The position numbers and the translations under genes are program-made. Of a DNA stretch of 64,000 nucleotides, positions 9,447-19,887 are shown one piece after another. The notes under the pieces were generated by a model. The model searched no databases. It was not told the origin of the DNA and saw only the letters and a list, made by a program, of their open reading frames with translations. The stretch's first letter is position 1; every line of letters starts with the position of its first letter. Source of the stretch: an uncultured Desulfuromonadales bacterium (GTDB taxonomy: Bacteria; Desulfobacterota; Desulfuromonadia; Geobacterales; CAIOGM01); assembly GCA_903929485.1 (NCBI GenBank), contig CAIYUY010000097.1:3088-67087 (forward strand), given 5' to 3'.

Positions 9447-11075
9447 ATGAGCCAATGGGTCACCGAGGGATCGCTGGGAGCCATACTCTACAACTCCCGG
9501 ATTGTTACCGATGAGGATATCCGAAAAGCAGTGACCGAACAGGAGCGGCTGAGCTGCCGGTTCGGAGAGGCGCTGGTTCATCTGGGTATCGTCACGGCGG
9601 AGGATATCAACTGGGCGCTGTCTCATCATCTGAACATTCCCTATATCCGGCTGAACCGGGAGGTGATGGGAGCCGATGCCGCGACCCTTCTCCCTGAGCG
9701 GATCGCCCGTCGCTACCATGCCGTTCCGGTGATCCGAACCGGCGATGAACTGCGGGTCGCCCTCGTGGACCCGCTGGACAAGGAGGCTCTCAAGGAGATC
9801 GCCGCCGTCAGCGCCGGCGCGCTGACGATCTGTATCGCCGATGAGAAAGAAGTCCGGGAGATGCTGGATTATCTGTATGGACCGGAACCGCAGGGAACCT
9901 TTGGTATCCTTTCCTCCGCGGCGTCTCCCCAGGAGACGGCGGCCATGGTTGCGGATACTTCGGGTGGGCGTTTTCTCAAATGGCTCCTCTTCCTCCTCAC
10001 CCGAAAGGGGTATGTCTCGGTGACCGTGGCCCCCTTGGCGGAAGGGGGAGTGGTTACCGGGTGTCAGGGGATCATTACTGAAGAGCTGGGACGACTCACG
10101 CTGGGGGGGTGCGCCCGGATCACAGCCCGACTCCGCGCCAGGGCGGTTCTGCGCAAGAGCTCGCCGGCCACGGAGAGCGGCAGTATGGAATATGTCAATG
10201 ACGGTGAGACGCTGACGATTCAGGTGGAGCTGCTCAAGGGAAGCGCCGGCAAGGTGATTACGCTCAAACAGGCCAAATCGCCCCGTGATGTCCCGTTCCC
10301 GCCGGAACTGTTCCCTTTGGTTCATGAAATGACGGAGCGCCCGGGGCTGGTGGTGGTGTCGCTCCCCATGAAAGAGACTCTCAACATGATGGAGCTGCTG
10401 GTGAACCGGCACTCTTTCGGCCAGGAGCGGCTTCTTCTCCTGGGTGAAGGAAACGAGACGATCCGAAAGCAGGCTCCCTGCATTCCCCTGGAGAATATCT
10501 CACCGGAAGAGCATGCAGCCATTATCACTGCGGTGCTGGAGCATGCCCCGGACCTCCTGCTGTTGGAAGGGATGGATGACAGCCGCTCCCTCCACGCCGC
10601 GGCCCAGGCGGCTCTGCGCGGGGTCCGGGTCGTGGCCGGAACCGGGGTGGGATGCGCCGAAACCTATGCCCTCCTCTTCTCGGCATGGCGGCAGGATCAT
10701 CTCATCCCTTCGGCCCTCCGGGGGATCGTCATGGGTGAGATCTTCTTCACCCTCTGCCACGCCTGCCGGAAACCGCTTCCCATGGAGCCCCGGGAGGGAG
10801 CCCGGCTGCGGCTCCCCCCGGCGGCAACGGGGTATCATCATGCAACGGGGTGCGCAGCCTGCGGGTTTACCGGCCGGGGGGAGGCGCGGCTCCTGGCGGA
10901 GGTGATCGTCTGCGACCGGCTGCTGGTCACTCTGCTTGAGAGTTGCGGTACCGGCGGTGAGTTTGCCCAGCGAGTGGCGCAACGAGAGGGGGAGACGGTA
11001 AGGGCTCAGGCAATCCGGCTTCTCCTGGGGGGGGAGATCTCCCCGGAAACCTATCTGAGAGTGGTCACGGCGTAG
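9447..11075 (+). CDS. GspE/PilB/MshE-family protein with an intact N-terminal T2SSE_N (MshEN-like) domain and a degenerate ATPase core
   Basis: The N-terminus has two 24-aa MshEN-like motifs (SLGAILYNSRIVTDEDIRKAVTEQ and RFGEALVHLGIVTAEDINWALSHH) 5 aa apart. The Walker A position reads SLPMKETL rather than GPTGSGKT, and the His box is lost. The C-terminal CxxC...CxxC (CHAC..CAACGFTGRGE) is retained. Confidence 0.75.
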   Translation: MSQWVTEGSLGAILYNSRIVTDEDIRKAVTEQERLSCRFGEALVHLGIVTAEDINWALSHHLNIPYIRLNREVMGADAATLLPERIARRYHAVPVIRTGDELRVALVDPLDKEALKEIAAVSAGALTICIADEKEVREMLDYLYGPEPQGTFGILSSAASPQETAAMVADTSGGRFLKWLLFLLTRKGYVSVTVAPLAEGGVVTGCQGIITEELGRLTLGGCARITARLRARAVLRKSSPATESGSMEYVNDGETLTIQVELLKGSAGKVITLKQAKSPRDVPFPPELFPLVHEMTERPGLVVVSLPMKETLNMMELLVNRHSFGQERLLLLGEGNETIRKQAPCIPLENISPEEHAAIITAVLEHAPDLLLLEGMDDSRSLHAAAQAALRGVRVVAGTGVGCAETYALLFSAWRQDHLIPSALRGIVMGEIFFTLCHACRKPLPMEPREGARLRLPPAATGYHHATGCAACGFTGRGEARLLAEVIVCDRLLVTLLESCGTGGEFAQRVAQREGETVRAQAIRLLLGGEISPETYLRVVTA

Positions 11076-11132
11076 CAGAAAAAGCATCAGCACCCGGTGA
11101 ATCGAAAAACCCGCGGTTTCAGGAGTTGTCAT

Positions 11133-12212
11133 ATGGCAAGCATCGACGCACTGTTCAAGATGATGAAAGAACAAGGGGCTTCCGACCTTCACCTCTCCAC
11201 CAGCGCTCCCCCCATCTTCCGTCTCCACGGTGACCTGGAGCCGCTGGATTTTAAGGCGCTCTCTCATGAAGAGCTCAAGGGAATCATCTATGAAATCCTG
11301 AGCGAAAAGCAGATCAAAGAGTTCGAGGAGCGCCACGACCTGGACTTCGCCTATTCGGTGCCCGGTCTTGCCAGATTCCGGGGAAACATCCTTTTGCAGC
11401 ATAAGGGGATCGCCGCGGTCTTTCGGATCATCCCCAGCAAGATTCTCTCCGTGGAAGAGCTGGGGCTGCCGGAAGGGGTGACGAAATTCACTCAGCTCAA
11501 GAAGGGTCTGGTTCTCGTAACCGGACCCACCGGGTCGGGCAAATCCACCACCCTGGCCGCCATGATCGATCACATCAACAACACCCGGAAGGATCATATC
11601 CTTACCCTGGAAGATCCTCTGGAGTTCATTCATGAGAACAAGCAATCCCTTTTTAATCAGCGGCAGATCGGCGAACATACGGACAGCTTCACCGCAGCCC
11701 TCCGCGCCGCCCTTCGCGAGGATCCTGATGTTATTCTCGTGGGGGAGATGCGTGACCTGGAGACCATCAGTTTGGCCATGACCGCCGCCGAAACCGGCCA
11801 TCTGGTCTTCGGCACCCTCCATACCAACTCCGCCGCCAAGACCATCGATCGAATTATTGACGCCTTCCCCCGGGACGGCCAGGCGCAGATACGAACCATG
11901 CTGGCCGAATCCCTGAAGGGGGTCATCTGTCAGCAGCTCCTCAAGACCACCGACGGCAAAGGGCGGGTGGCGGCCCTGGAAATCCTGGTGGGAACACCAG
12001 CCATCTCCAACCTGATCCGGGAAGGAAAAACCTTCCAGATTCCATCCATCATCCAGACCGCCCGCAGGGACGGGATGCAGCTCATGGACCAGCACCTACT
12101 GGATCTCCTCAAGACCAAACAGGTCACCGCCGAGGAAGCCCATCGCTGCGCCGGCGACAAAAAACAGTTTGAGCAGTTTCTCCCCCCGGCTGCTCGCCCG
12201 ACCGCGCCATGA
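11133..12212 (+). CDS. pilT: Type IV pilus retraction ATPase PilT
   Basis: GPTGSGKSTTLAAMID, DPDVILVGEMRD, TGHLVFGTLHTNSA and AALEILV; aggag RBS 8 nt before the ATG at 11133. Confidence 0.92.
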   Translation: MASIDALFKMMKEQGASDLHLSTSAPPIFRLHGDLEPLDFKALSHEELKGIIYEILSEKQIKEFEERHDLDFAYSVPGLARFRGNILLQHKGIAAVFRIIPSKILSVEELGLPEGVTKFTQLKKGLVLVTGPTGSGKSTTLAAMIDHINNTRKDHILTLEDPLEFIHENKQSLFNQRQIGEHTDSFTAALRAALREDPDVILVGEMRDLETISLAMTAAETGHLVFGTLHTNSAAKTIDRIIDAFPRDGQAQIRTMLAESLKGVICQQLLKTTDGKGRVAALEILVGTPAISNLIREGKTFQIPSIIQTARRDGMQLMDQHLLDLLKTKQVTAEEAHRCAGDKKQFEQFLPPAARPTAP

Positions 12213-12241
12213 TAAAATCCACGTTTTTCACCCGGCGCTGA

Positions 12242-14071
12242 ATGCATCACGGCGGACTTCACGAAGATGACATTGCCGGCAAGGCTTATGACCGGCGGCT
12301 CATGGGCCGGTTCGCAGGCTACCTGCGCCCGCACCTGAGAATCATCCTCTTCGTCCTCCTTCTCCTCCCTCCCATCGCCGGAGCCAAGCTCGTCCAGCCG
12401 TATCTCGTCAAGATCGCCATCGATAACCATATCGTCACCGGGAACCTCACCGGGCTCCCCGGTCTGGCGTTCCTCTTTCTTACCCTCATCCTGAGCGAAT
12501 CCCTCCTCACCTACGGAGAGACCTATCTCCTCCAGCAGGTCGGCCAGCAACTGATGTTCCGTATCCGGGAGGAGCTGTTCAACCATCTCCAGAGACTCTC
12601 TCTCTCTTTCTTCGACCGGACCCCCACGGGGGGGATCGTGACCCGTCTTACCAGCGACGTGGAGGTTCTGGGGGAGATGTTCGCCGCCGGGATCGTCACG
12701 GTCGTGGGGGATCTCCTCCTCCTGGCCGGTATTGTCGGCATCATGCTTTGGATGAACCCAACACTCTCCCTGGTGACCTTCTCGGTTCTCCCCCTCCTCT
12801 TTTTCATTGTCTTCCGTTTCCGCCGACTCATGCGGGATGCTTTTCGACAGGTCCGCTCGCGGCTGGCGCTTCTTAACTCGTTTTTGGCCGAGAGCATCGG
12901 CGGCATGGCCATCATCCAGCTCTTCAACCGCCAGGCTGGTGAACAAAAACGGTTCACCCAGCTCAATGCCGCGTATCGGGACGCCAACCGGCCGGTTATC
13001 ATCTGGGACGCCTCCCTTTACGCCCTGGTGGAGACCCTCTCCTCGGTGGCCGTGGGGCTCATCATCTGGTACGGAGGGGGCGAGATCGTCCGGGGGCATC
13101 TCTCCTTCGGCGCCTTGGTGGCTTTCATCCAGTACAGCGAAAAGTTCTTCGGCCCCATCCGCGATCTCTCTTCCAAGTATTCCACCATGCAGGGGGCCAT
13201 GGCCGCCCTGGAACGGATCTTCACCCTGCTGGATTCCAAGGAGTATCCGGCGGATGGTTCGGCTTCGCTCACCAACCGATCACCGGCTTCGCTCACCAAC
13301 CGGTCCCTGAGCGTGGTCCCTGAGCGAAGCCGAAAGGGAGTCCAAGGGGCTCTGGTGGAGTTCAAGGATGTCTGGTTTGCCTATCGGGACGAAGAGTATG
13401 TGCTGAAGGGGGTGTCGTTGACACTGCGTCGCGGGGAGAAGCTGGCCATTGTGGGGGAGACCGGTGGTGGCAAGAGCACCATAACCCGGCTCCTCTCCCG
13501 GCTCTACGACATCCAACGGGGGAGCATCACCATCGACGGCGTGGATGTCCGGGATCTGCCGCTGGGGCTCCTTCGCTCCCGCATCGGTGTCGTCCTTCAG
13601 GAACCGTTTCTCTTCACCGGAACCATCGCCTTCAACATCACCCTTGGCGACCGCCGTGCCGCAGCCAGGATGGAGGAGGCCACCCGGATCGTGGGAGCTG
13701 ACCGGTTCATCAATCGCCTCCCCAAGGGTTTTGATGAAGAGGTCCGGGAGCGGGGAAACAACTTCTCCGCCGGGGAGCGGCAGCTCATCTCCTTTGCCCG
13801 CGCCGTGGCCTTTAATCCGGAGATCCTCGTCCTGGATGAGGCAACCTCCAGCGTGGATTCGGCCAGCGAGCGACTCATTCAGGAAGGACTCCGGGGACTT
13901 CTGGCGGGACGAACCTCCATCGTGGTCGCTCATCGTCTCTCCACGGTTCGCGACGCCGATCGAATCATCGTCATCCGCCGAGGTGAGAAACGGGAAGAGG
14001 GGAGTCATGAGGAGCTCATGGCGGCGCAAGGGCTTTATTACCGGCTCCACCAGTTGCAGTTCAAGGGGTAA
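12242..14071 (+). CDS. ABC exporter, fused TMD-NBD (MsbA/ABCB-like)
   Basis: Six-TM exporter-type N-terminal half. NBD motifs: GETGGGKST, LSAGERQLISFARA, ILVLDEATSSVD. Confidence 0.9.
   Translation: MHHGGLHEDDIAGKAYDRRLMGRFAGYLRPHLRIILFVLLLLPPIAGAKLVQPYLVKIAIDNHIVTGNLTGLPGLAFLFLTLILSESLLTYGETYLLQQVGQQLMFRIREELFNHLQRLSLSFFDRTPTGGIVTRLTSDVEVLGEMFAAGIVTVVGDLLLLAGIVGIMLWMNPTLSLVTFSVLPLLFFIVFRFRRLMRDAFRQVRSRLALLNSFLAESIGGMAIIQLFNRQAGEQKRFTQLNAAYRDANRPVIIWDASLYALVETLSSVAVGLIIWYGGGEIVRGHLSFGALVAFIQYSEKFFGPIRDLSSKYSTMQGAMAALERIFTLLDSKEYPADGSASLTNRSPASLTNRSLSVVPERSRKGVQGALVEFKDVWFAYRDEEYVLKGVSLTLRRGEKLAIVGETGGGKSTITRLLSRLYDIQRGSITIDGVDVRDLPLGLLRSRIGVVLQEPFLFTGTIAFNITLGDRRAAARMEEATRIVGADRFINRLPKGFDEEVRERGNNFSAGERQLISFARAVAFNPEILVLDEATSSVDSASERLIQEGLRGLLAGRTSIVVAHRLSTVRDADRIIVIRRGEKREEGSHEELMAAQGLYYRLHQLQFKG
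13259..13345 (+). repeat. In-frame insertion in the TMD-NBD linker: a 24-bp tandem duplication plus a copy of a dispersed repeat
   Basis: gcttcgctcaccaaccg occurs at 13262 and 13286. gtggtccctgagcgaagccgaaaggg (13313-13338) matches intergenic copies at 48153, 52921 and, inverted, 53068. Confidence 0.7.
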
Positions 14072-14105
14072 GGCGAATGGCTAAAACAGTGGGGAGGAGA
14101 ATAAA

Positions 14106-14231
14106 ATGAACAGTAGCATATTCCCGTCGGCGCTGATAACAGTTATTACTCTCATATTGGCGGCAATGCCAAGGATCAATAAGCTGCTGGGTGATAACGC
14201 CCGGCAGACCAACCAAGGAGGCGACAGATGA
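14106..14231 (+). CDS. Putative 41-aa single-TM peptide, translationally coupled to the nitroreductase gene
   Basis: ggggaggag RBS 7-8 nt upstream of the ATG. The product is [41 protein letters not shown], and its TGA overlaps the next ATG (ATGA). It is too short for the ORF track. Confidence 0.35.
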   Translation: MNSSIFPSALITVITLILAAMPRINKLLGDNARQTNQGGDR

Positions 14232-14788
14232 ATACCCTGGAAGCAATCAAAACCAGAAGAAGTGTGCGAAAATTTTCCGGCAAGCCGGTGGAGCCGGAAA
14301 AACTCCAGGCAGTGCTGGAGGCGGCGGCCCAAGCCCCCTCATGGGCAAACATGCAGTGTTGGCGGTTCATTGTGGTGACGGACCAGGCGGTGAAGGAGCG
14401 GATCAGCGACCTCTCCTACGTGGAGGCTTTTTTCGCCACCCGCGGCTACAGTAGCAATCCCGCCCAGAAGGCCCTGGCCGAGGCGCCGGTGGTGGTTGTC
14501 GCTTGCGCCGACCCCACCGAGTCGGGGACCTTGCGGGGGCAGCAGTACTATCTGACTGACATGGGAATCGCCGCGGAAAACCTGATGCTGGCGGCCCACG
14601 CCCAGGGCTTGGGGAGTGTCTTCGTGGGGGTCTTCCAGGAAGAGGAGCTGGGAGAGTTGCTGGAAATACCGCCGGATATCCGGATCGTGGGACTCTTCCC
14701 CCTGGGTTACCCCCTGGGAGAGGTGAAAGGTGGAGGGGCACGCAAGCCGCTGAAGCAGATCGTGCATTACGAGAAATGGAAGGGGTGA
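14228..14788 (+). CDS. Nitroreductase family protein
   Basis: The opening [11 protein letters not shown], then [11 protein letters not shown] and a typical fold length of 186 aa. Confidence 0.85.
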   Translation: MNTLEAIKTRRSVRKFSGKPVEPEKLQAVLEAAAQAPSWANMQCWRFIVVTDQAVKERISDLSYVEAFFATRGYSSNPAQKALAEAPVVVVACADPTESGTLRGQQYYLTDMGIAAENLMLAAHAQGLGSVFVGVFQEEELGELLEIPPDIRIVGLFPLGYPLGEVKGGGARKPLKQIVHYEKWKG

Positions 14789-16731
14789 CAATAATTGGTG
14801 ATTCACAATTCGTAATTCGTAAGCGCTTTATAATTGCCGGGACGGCCGGGCATATTGATCATGGCAAGACCAGCTTGGTGAAAGCCCTCACCGGCATGGA
14901 TACGGATCGGCTCAAGGAAGAGAAGGAGCGGGGAATCACCATCGAACTGGGTTTTGCTCACCTGGAGCTCACCGACGGCGTCAGGGTGGGGATCGTGGAT
15001 GTGCCGGGTCACGAGCGGTTCGTCCGGACCATGGTGGCAGGGGTCGCGGGGATCGATCTGGTCATGTTCGTCATCGCCGCCGATGAAGGAATCATGCCTC
15101 AGACCCGGGAACATCTGGAAATCTGCCGGCTCCTGGGGGTCAAGCAAGGGATCGTGCTTCTGACCAAGCAGGACCTGGTGGATCGGGAGTGGCTGAAGCT
15201 GGTGACCGAAGAGGTTCGGGAATACCTTTCGGGGAGTTTTCTCCATGGGGCGCCCATCATCCCCTTCTCCAGTCGCACCGGAGAAGGGCTCCCGGCGCTG
15301 CGCCGGGAACTGGGGCGCCTCGCGGGGGAAACGCCTCCCCGGGAGCCGAGCGGTCCTTTCCGTCTCCCGGTGGATCGCAGCTTCACCCTGCCGGGGTTCG
15401 GCGCCGTTGTCACCGGCACCCTCCGGTCAGGAGTCATCCGGGTGGGAGATTCGGTGGAACTCCTCCCCTCGGGAAAAACCGGACGAGTTCGCGGCATCCA
15501 GCTCCATGGCAAACGAAAAGAGGAAGGAGTCGCCGGCCAGCGCGTGGCGGTGAACCTGCAGGGGATCGATCACCACGAGATTCGGAGAGGAGAGACCGTG
15601 ACCTCCCCCGGGACTTTCAGGACTACCCGCACTGTCGACATCCGTCTGGAGCTTCTCCCCTCTGCCCGGAGCCTCAGACATCGCGGCATGGTGCAGTTTC
15701 TCAGCGGCACGGCCGAGAGTTCGGCCCAGGTGATCTTTCCCCACCGGGATTCGCTCCGTCCGGGCGAGTCAGCCCCTGCTCAACTCAGGTTGCGAACTCC
15801 TCTCTGTCTTCTCCCCGGTGATCCCTTTGTGCTCCGCAGCCACTCCCCTGCCGCAACCATGGGGGGGGGGCGACTTCTGGACCCCGCGCCGGCCAGGGGA
15901 CGCCGCGTAAGCGAGGAGGCGCTGGAACTCCTGGCGGCCCTGGACGGCGGTGACGCCGATACGAAAATCAGGTTATTGGTTCGGGAAAGCCGATTAAGCG
16001 GCATCTCCGCTGAAAAAATAACCCTGCGAAGCGGCTGCGGCAACACGGTGATGGAGGCGGCTCTCGGCCGTCTTCTCTCACGGGGGGAGGTGGTGCGGGG
16101 GGTGAAAGATCCCGGCATATTCTTGACCCGGGAGGCATTCCGCAGCCTGGAGGATGAATTGATGGCGGCTCTCACCTCTTTCCTGACGGATAATCCGCTT
16201 CGGGACGGGATGGGGAAAGAAGAGCTGAAGGGAAAAATTCCCAAGCGGAGTGATCCCCGGTTTTTCGGAGCGCTCTTGGCCTCGCTGGTGAGGGAGGGGA
16301 GACTCCTTCTCCAGCGGGAGCTGGTGAAACCGGGAACAGCCGTCCCTCCCCATCTATCGGGGGTGGGGAGCGGGGGGGGGGACGCAGTGGAAGCTGAGCT
16401 GCGCCAGGGTGGGGTGGAACCTCCCACGCTCAAAGAGTTGAGCCAACGGCTAATGACTCCGGAAAAACAGCTGCGGGAGCAGCTTGCCCGCCTTACCCGG
16501 GAGGGGCAGGCCATCAGAGTCACCGGCGACCTCTACTACGCCCCGGAACCGCTGCTCAGACTCCGGGGGCAGCTCCAACTCTACCTGGAAGAGCGGGGAG
16601 AGATCACCCCGGCTGAGTTCCGTGATCTGAGCGGTCTTTCCCGCAAGTTCATGATTCCGCTGCTGGAATACTTCGACAGCATCAAACTCACCATCAGAAT
16701 CGGAGATATTCGGAGATTAAGAAAAGGATAA
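14776..16731 (+). CDS. selB: Selenocysteine-specific translation elongation factor SelB
   Basis: [19 protein letters not shown] and TKQD G-motifs, followed by a long winged-helix C-terminal extension. The gene overlaps the nitroreductase end by 13 nt. Confidence 0.9.
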   Translation: MEGVTIIGDSQFVIRKRFIIAGTAGHIDHGKTSLVKALTGMDTDRLKEEKERGITIELGFAHLELTDGVRVGIVDVPGHERFVRTMVAGVAGIDLVMFVIAADEGIMPQTREHLEICRLLGVKQGIVLLTKQDLVDREWLKLVTEEVREYLSGSFLHGAPIIPFSSRTGEGLPALRRELGRLAGETPPREPSGPFRLPVDRSFTLPGFGAVVTGTLRSGVIRVGDSVELLPSGKTGRVRGIQLHGKRKEEGVAGQRVAVNLQGIDHHEIRRGETVTSPGTFRTTRTVDIRLELLPSARSLRHRGMVQFLSGTAESSAQVIFPHRDSLRPGESAPAQLRLRTPLCLLPGDPFVLRSHSPAATMGGGRLLDPAPARGRRVSEEALELLAALDGGDADTKIRLLVRESRLSGISAEKITLRSGCGNTVMEAALGRLLSRGEVVRGVKDPGIFLTREAFRSLEDELMAALTSFLTDNPLRDGMGKEELKGKIPKRSDPRFFGALLASLVREGRLLLQRELVKPGTAVPPHLSGVGSGGGDAVEAELRQGGVEPPTLKELSQRLMTPEKQLREQLARLTREGQAIRVTGDLYYAPEPLLRLRGQLQLYLEERGEITPAEFRDLSGLSRKFMIPLLEYFDSIKLTIRIGDIRRLRKG

Positions 16732-16740
16732 TGGTGAATC

Positions 16741-17889
16741 ATGTCAACCCTTCACTCCATACTCATCATCGATAATGACGTTACCACCCGATCGGCAATG
16801 GATCATCTCATCGCGCGATGCCGCCGTCCCATAGAGTTAAGCGCCGCCGCCGTTACCCGTCGCGAAGGACTGAAACAGCTGGAGTCGGACACGCCGCCTC
16901 AGGTGGTTATCCTGGAGGTACAGTCAATAGCCCAAGGGGTCAGGGATGTTTCCGCCATTCTCACCGCCAATTCCCAGACGATGATCATGGCTACGTCAGG
17001 GGAAAAGCGTCCCGACTGGATACGTACCCTCATTCGGGCCGGTGCAAGCGAATATCTCACCACGCCGATCTCCGCCGATGGACTGGAAGAGACCTTGGAG
17101 CGGGCGGCTCTGATGCTCGAACAAAAAAATGGGGCGGAGGATGCAGGGGGGAAGGTGATTACCGTCTACAACCCGGCGGGTGGGATGGGAACTACAACCA
17201 TCGCCGTGAACCTGGCCGCGGCCCTGGCCATGGAGGGGAGGATGACGGCGCTGGTCGACCTCAACCCGTTCAGCAGCGATGTCTCTGCATTTCTGAACCT
17301 CAATCCGGCGGAAACTCTGAACGCTCTCCGGGAGACGGGACGAAGATTGAGCGCCGGTCGTCTCCTGGACCTCATGACCCGTCACGGTTCCGGAGTGCAG
17401 GTACTCTGCGGGCCGGAAGAACCAGGTGTCATCGTGGAGTTCGCCCCGGATCAGATCCTGAGCCTTATCACCCTCATGCGAGGTCAGTTCGGCGTAACGG
17501 TCATCGACGCCGGCGGTGAGCTGTCGGAGCGTAACCTGGAGATCTTCGACGGATCAGACGTCATTTTGTACCCGCTACTCCTCACCCTGCCGGCCCTCAA
17601 CAACGCCAAGCGATACATGAAAGCTCTGAATCAACAAGGCTTCGATCCTGGCCGGATCAAGGTGGTGGTCAACAGGTATTTATCCCTGGATAGTATTAAT
17701 GTCTCCCATGCGGAGGAGTTCCTGGATAAAGAGATCTTCCATTTAATTCCCAATTCCTATCTGGAACTTAAAAAATCCATCTATAAAGGCGCACCCTTGG
17801 TGACCGACTACCCCCGCTCGCCCGTTACCAAGGCGCTGATCGAGTTGGCTGAGCGGCTCTTGAAGGAGATGTCCGTAGGATCACACTAA
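16741..17889 (+). CDS. TadZ/CpaE-like protein: pseudo-receiver domain plus a deviant MinD/ParA ATPase domain
   Basis: REC-like N-terminus whose acceptor position reads VVILEV (Glu rather than Asp). The P-loop reads NPAGGMGTTTIAVNLA, so the KGGxGK[ST] lysines are absent. Confidence 0.7.
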   Translation: MSTLHSILIIDNDVTTRSAMDHLIARCRRPIELSAAAVTRREGLKQLESDTPPQVVILEVQSIAQGVRDVSAILTANSQTMIMATSGEKRPDWIRTLIRAGASEYLTTPISADGLEETLERAALMLEQKNGAEDAGGKVITVYNPAGGMGTTTIAVNLAAALAMEGRMTALVDLNPFSSDVSAFLNLNPAETLNALRETGRRLSAGRLLDLMTRHGSGVQVLCGPEEPGVIVEFAPDQILSLITLMRGQFGVTVIDAGGELSERNLEIFDGSDVILYPLLLTLPALNNAKRYMKALNQQGFDPGRIKVVVNRYLSLDSINVSHAEEFLDKEIFHLIPNSYLELKKSIYKGAPLVTDYPRSPVTKALIELAERLLKEMSVGSH

Positions 17890-17901
17890 GGGGAACTCAG
17901 G

Positions 17902-18942
17902 CTATGGGTAGAGCGCCAAACCATCCAGCCCCATCTTCTCGGGGAAACCGTTCATGATATTCATATTCTGCACTGCCTGCCCCGCCGCCCCTTTCACCAG
18001 ATTGTCAATGGCGGAGACGACCACGACCCGGCCGGCGCGCCTGTCCACGGCGAGACCGATATCGCAGCAGTTGGAGCCCTTGACAAAGGCCGTGGAGGGG
18101 AATGCCCCTTCGGGAAGTATCCGGACGAACTCTTCTCCGGCGTAGAACTCCCGGTAGAGCGACAGGAGTTCCCCTGTGGAGTAACTCCCCTTGAGATCGG
18201 CGTAGGCCGTGACGAGAATACCCCGGTCCATGGGAACCAGGTGCGGTGTGAAGGAGATGGTGAGTGGGCGCCCTGCCAGAAGTGACAGCTCCTGCTCGAT
18301 CTCCGGGAGGTGCCGGTGAACGCCCCCCACCGCATAGGCCTTGAAACCGTCATTCACCTCGCAGTACAGATTGTCCACCTTGGCGCCCCGCCCAGCCCCG
18401 CTAGCCCCCGACTTGGCGTCGATGATAAGCCGTTCCGGGTCGATGATCCCCTGTCTCAGCAGCGGCGCGAGTCCCAAAATCGTACAAGTAGGATAACAGC
18501 CGGGGTTCCCCACCAGATCCGCCGGGACGATCTTCTCTCGCCGGATCTCCGGCAGGCCGTAAACGGATTTCGCCAGCAACTCAGGGTTCAGGTGCGGCTC
18601 GTACCATGTCTCGTAGAGGGCGGGATCATGAAACCGGTAATCGGCGGAGAGGTCAACTACCTTTTTTCCCAGCCGGATAAAGGTTGGCACCACCTCCATG
18701 GCTGCCTTGTGAGGGAGGGCCGTGAAGATGAAATCCGCTCGGTCGGCAATCCCCACCGGTTCCAGGTTTTCCAGGATCTGATGGTAACGATGGCGCAGTG
18801 ACGGGAAAACCTCGGCAATCGGCTTTCCGGCGCTCTGTTCCGACGTGACGCAGGTGACCTCCACCTGGGGATGAGCATAAAGCAACCGGAGGAGTTCCAC
18901 CCCGGTGTAACCACTGGCTCCGACTACGGCAACTTTCAGCAT
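17902..18942 (-). CDS. argC: N-acetyl-gamma-glutamyl-phosphate reductase
   Basis: [29 protein letters not shown], and 346 aa when started from the ATG at 18942. Confidence 0.92.
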   Translation of the reverse strand: MLKVAVVGASGYTGVELLRLLYAHPQVEVTCVTSEQSAGKPIAEVFPSLRHRYHQILENLEPVGIADRADFIFTALPHKAAMEVVPTFIRLGKKVVDLSADYRFHDPALYETWYEPHLNPELLAKSVYGLPEIRREKIVPADLVGNPGCYPTCTILGLAPLLRQGIIDPERLIIDAKSGASGAGRGAKVDNLYCEVNDGFKAYAVGGVHRHLPEIEQELSLLAGRPLTISFTPHLVPMDRGILVTAYADLKGSYSTGELLSLYREFYAGEEFVRILPEGAFPSTAFVKGSNCCDIGLAVDRRAGRVVVVSAIDNLVKGAAGQAVQNMNIMNGFPEKMGLDGLALYP

Positions 18943-19035
18943 GACGTCTCCCGCAGAATCAGGTAAAGGTTGAGACGACGAAAAGAGGGAAAATCCCTTC
19001 GGATTTTCCCTCTTTTCACTTTTATGGGACAACGG

Positions 19036-19428
19036 CTAGCGCTTGGAGAACTGGAAGCTTCTCCGGGCCGCTGCCTTGCCGTATTTCTTCCGTTCCTTCA
19101 CGCGGGAATCACGGGTGATGAATCCGGCTTTCTTGAGGGTGCCGCGCAAAGACTCTTCGCAATCAAGGAGCGCCTTGGTGATGCCGTGCTTGATTGCGCC
19201 GGCCTGACCCATGTCGCCGCCACCCGCAACGGTTACCATGACATCGAACTTGTCAAGATTCTCGGTGAGTTCCAGCGGCTGCTTGACAACCATCTTGGAG
19301 GTTTCCCTGCCGAAATACTCGTCCAGGCTCTTCTTGTTGACGGTGATGGTGCCGGTGCCGGGAGTGATCCAGACGCGGGCGATGGAGGACTTTCGTTTGC
19401 CGGTTCCATAGTACTGAACTGCTGCCAT
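19036..19428 (-). CDS. rpsI: 30S ribosomal protein S9
   Basis: [14 protein letters not shown]...[17 protein letters not shown]. Confidence 0.97.
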   Translation of the reverse strand: MAAVQYYGTGKRKSSIARVWITPGTGTITVNKKSLDEYFGRETSKMVVKQPLELTENLDKFDVMVTVAGGGDMGQAGAIKHGITKALLDCEESLRGTLKKAGFITRDSRVKERKKYGKAAARRSFQFSKR

Positions 19429-19458
19429 AATTTCTATCTCCTAAAACGGATATGTGTA

Positions 19459-19887
19459 TTAGACGTTAAGCGGTTTCGGCTGTTGAGCCTGATGGGGATG
19501 AGTCGGTCCCGCGTAGACCTTGAGTTTGTTGATCATGTGGCGGGAAAGCTTATTCTTGGGGAGCATCCCCTTGACGGCTTTCCGAATCACCTGCTCCACA
19601 TCTTTTTCGATGAGTTTGCCGGCGCTGATGGACTTGAGTCCCCCCGGGAATTCGGAGTGCCGATAGTACATTTTGTCGGTGAGCTTCTTGCCGGTGAGGG
19701 CAATCTTATCCGCGTTAAGCACGATCACAAAATCCCCGGTATCAACGCTTGGGGTAAAGATCGGTTTGTTTTTGCCGCGCAGGACGTTGGCAATCTGGGT
19801 GGCAATACGACCGAGAACCCTGTTTTCGGCATCCACCACGTACCAGTCACGGGAAACTTCATTCTTTTTGGCAACTTGCGTTTTCAT
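19459..19887 (-). CDS. rplM: 50S ribosomal protein L13
   Basis: [35 protein letters not shown]. Confidence 0.97.
   Translation of the reverse strand: MKTQVAKKNEVSRDWYVVDAENRVLGRIATQIANVLRGKNKPIFTPSVDTGDFVIVLNADKIALTGKKLTDKMYYRHSEFPGGLKSISAGKLIEKDVEQVIRKAVKGMLPKNKLSRHMINKLKVYAGPTHPHQAQQPKPLNV

Noticed and set aside
10500-12095. 531-aa minus-strand ORF
   Set aside because: It lies antisense to pilT and the GspE-like gene, both of which have unmistakable motifs. Its Gly/Arg/Pro/His-rich composition is typical of shadow ORFs in high-GC DNA.
14776-17900. Search for tRNA-Sec (selC), selA or selD next to selB
   Set aside because: There is no tRNA-like cloverleaf and no selA or selD motif in the flanks. 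The intergenic gaps are only 10-13 nt.
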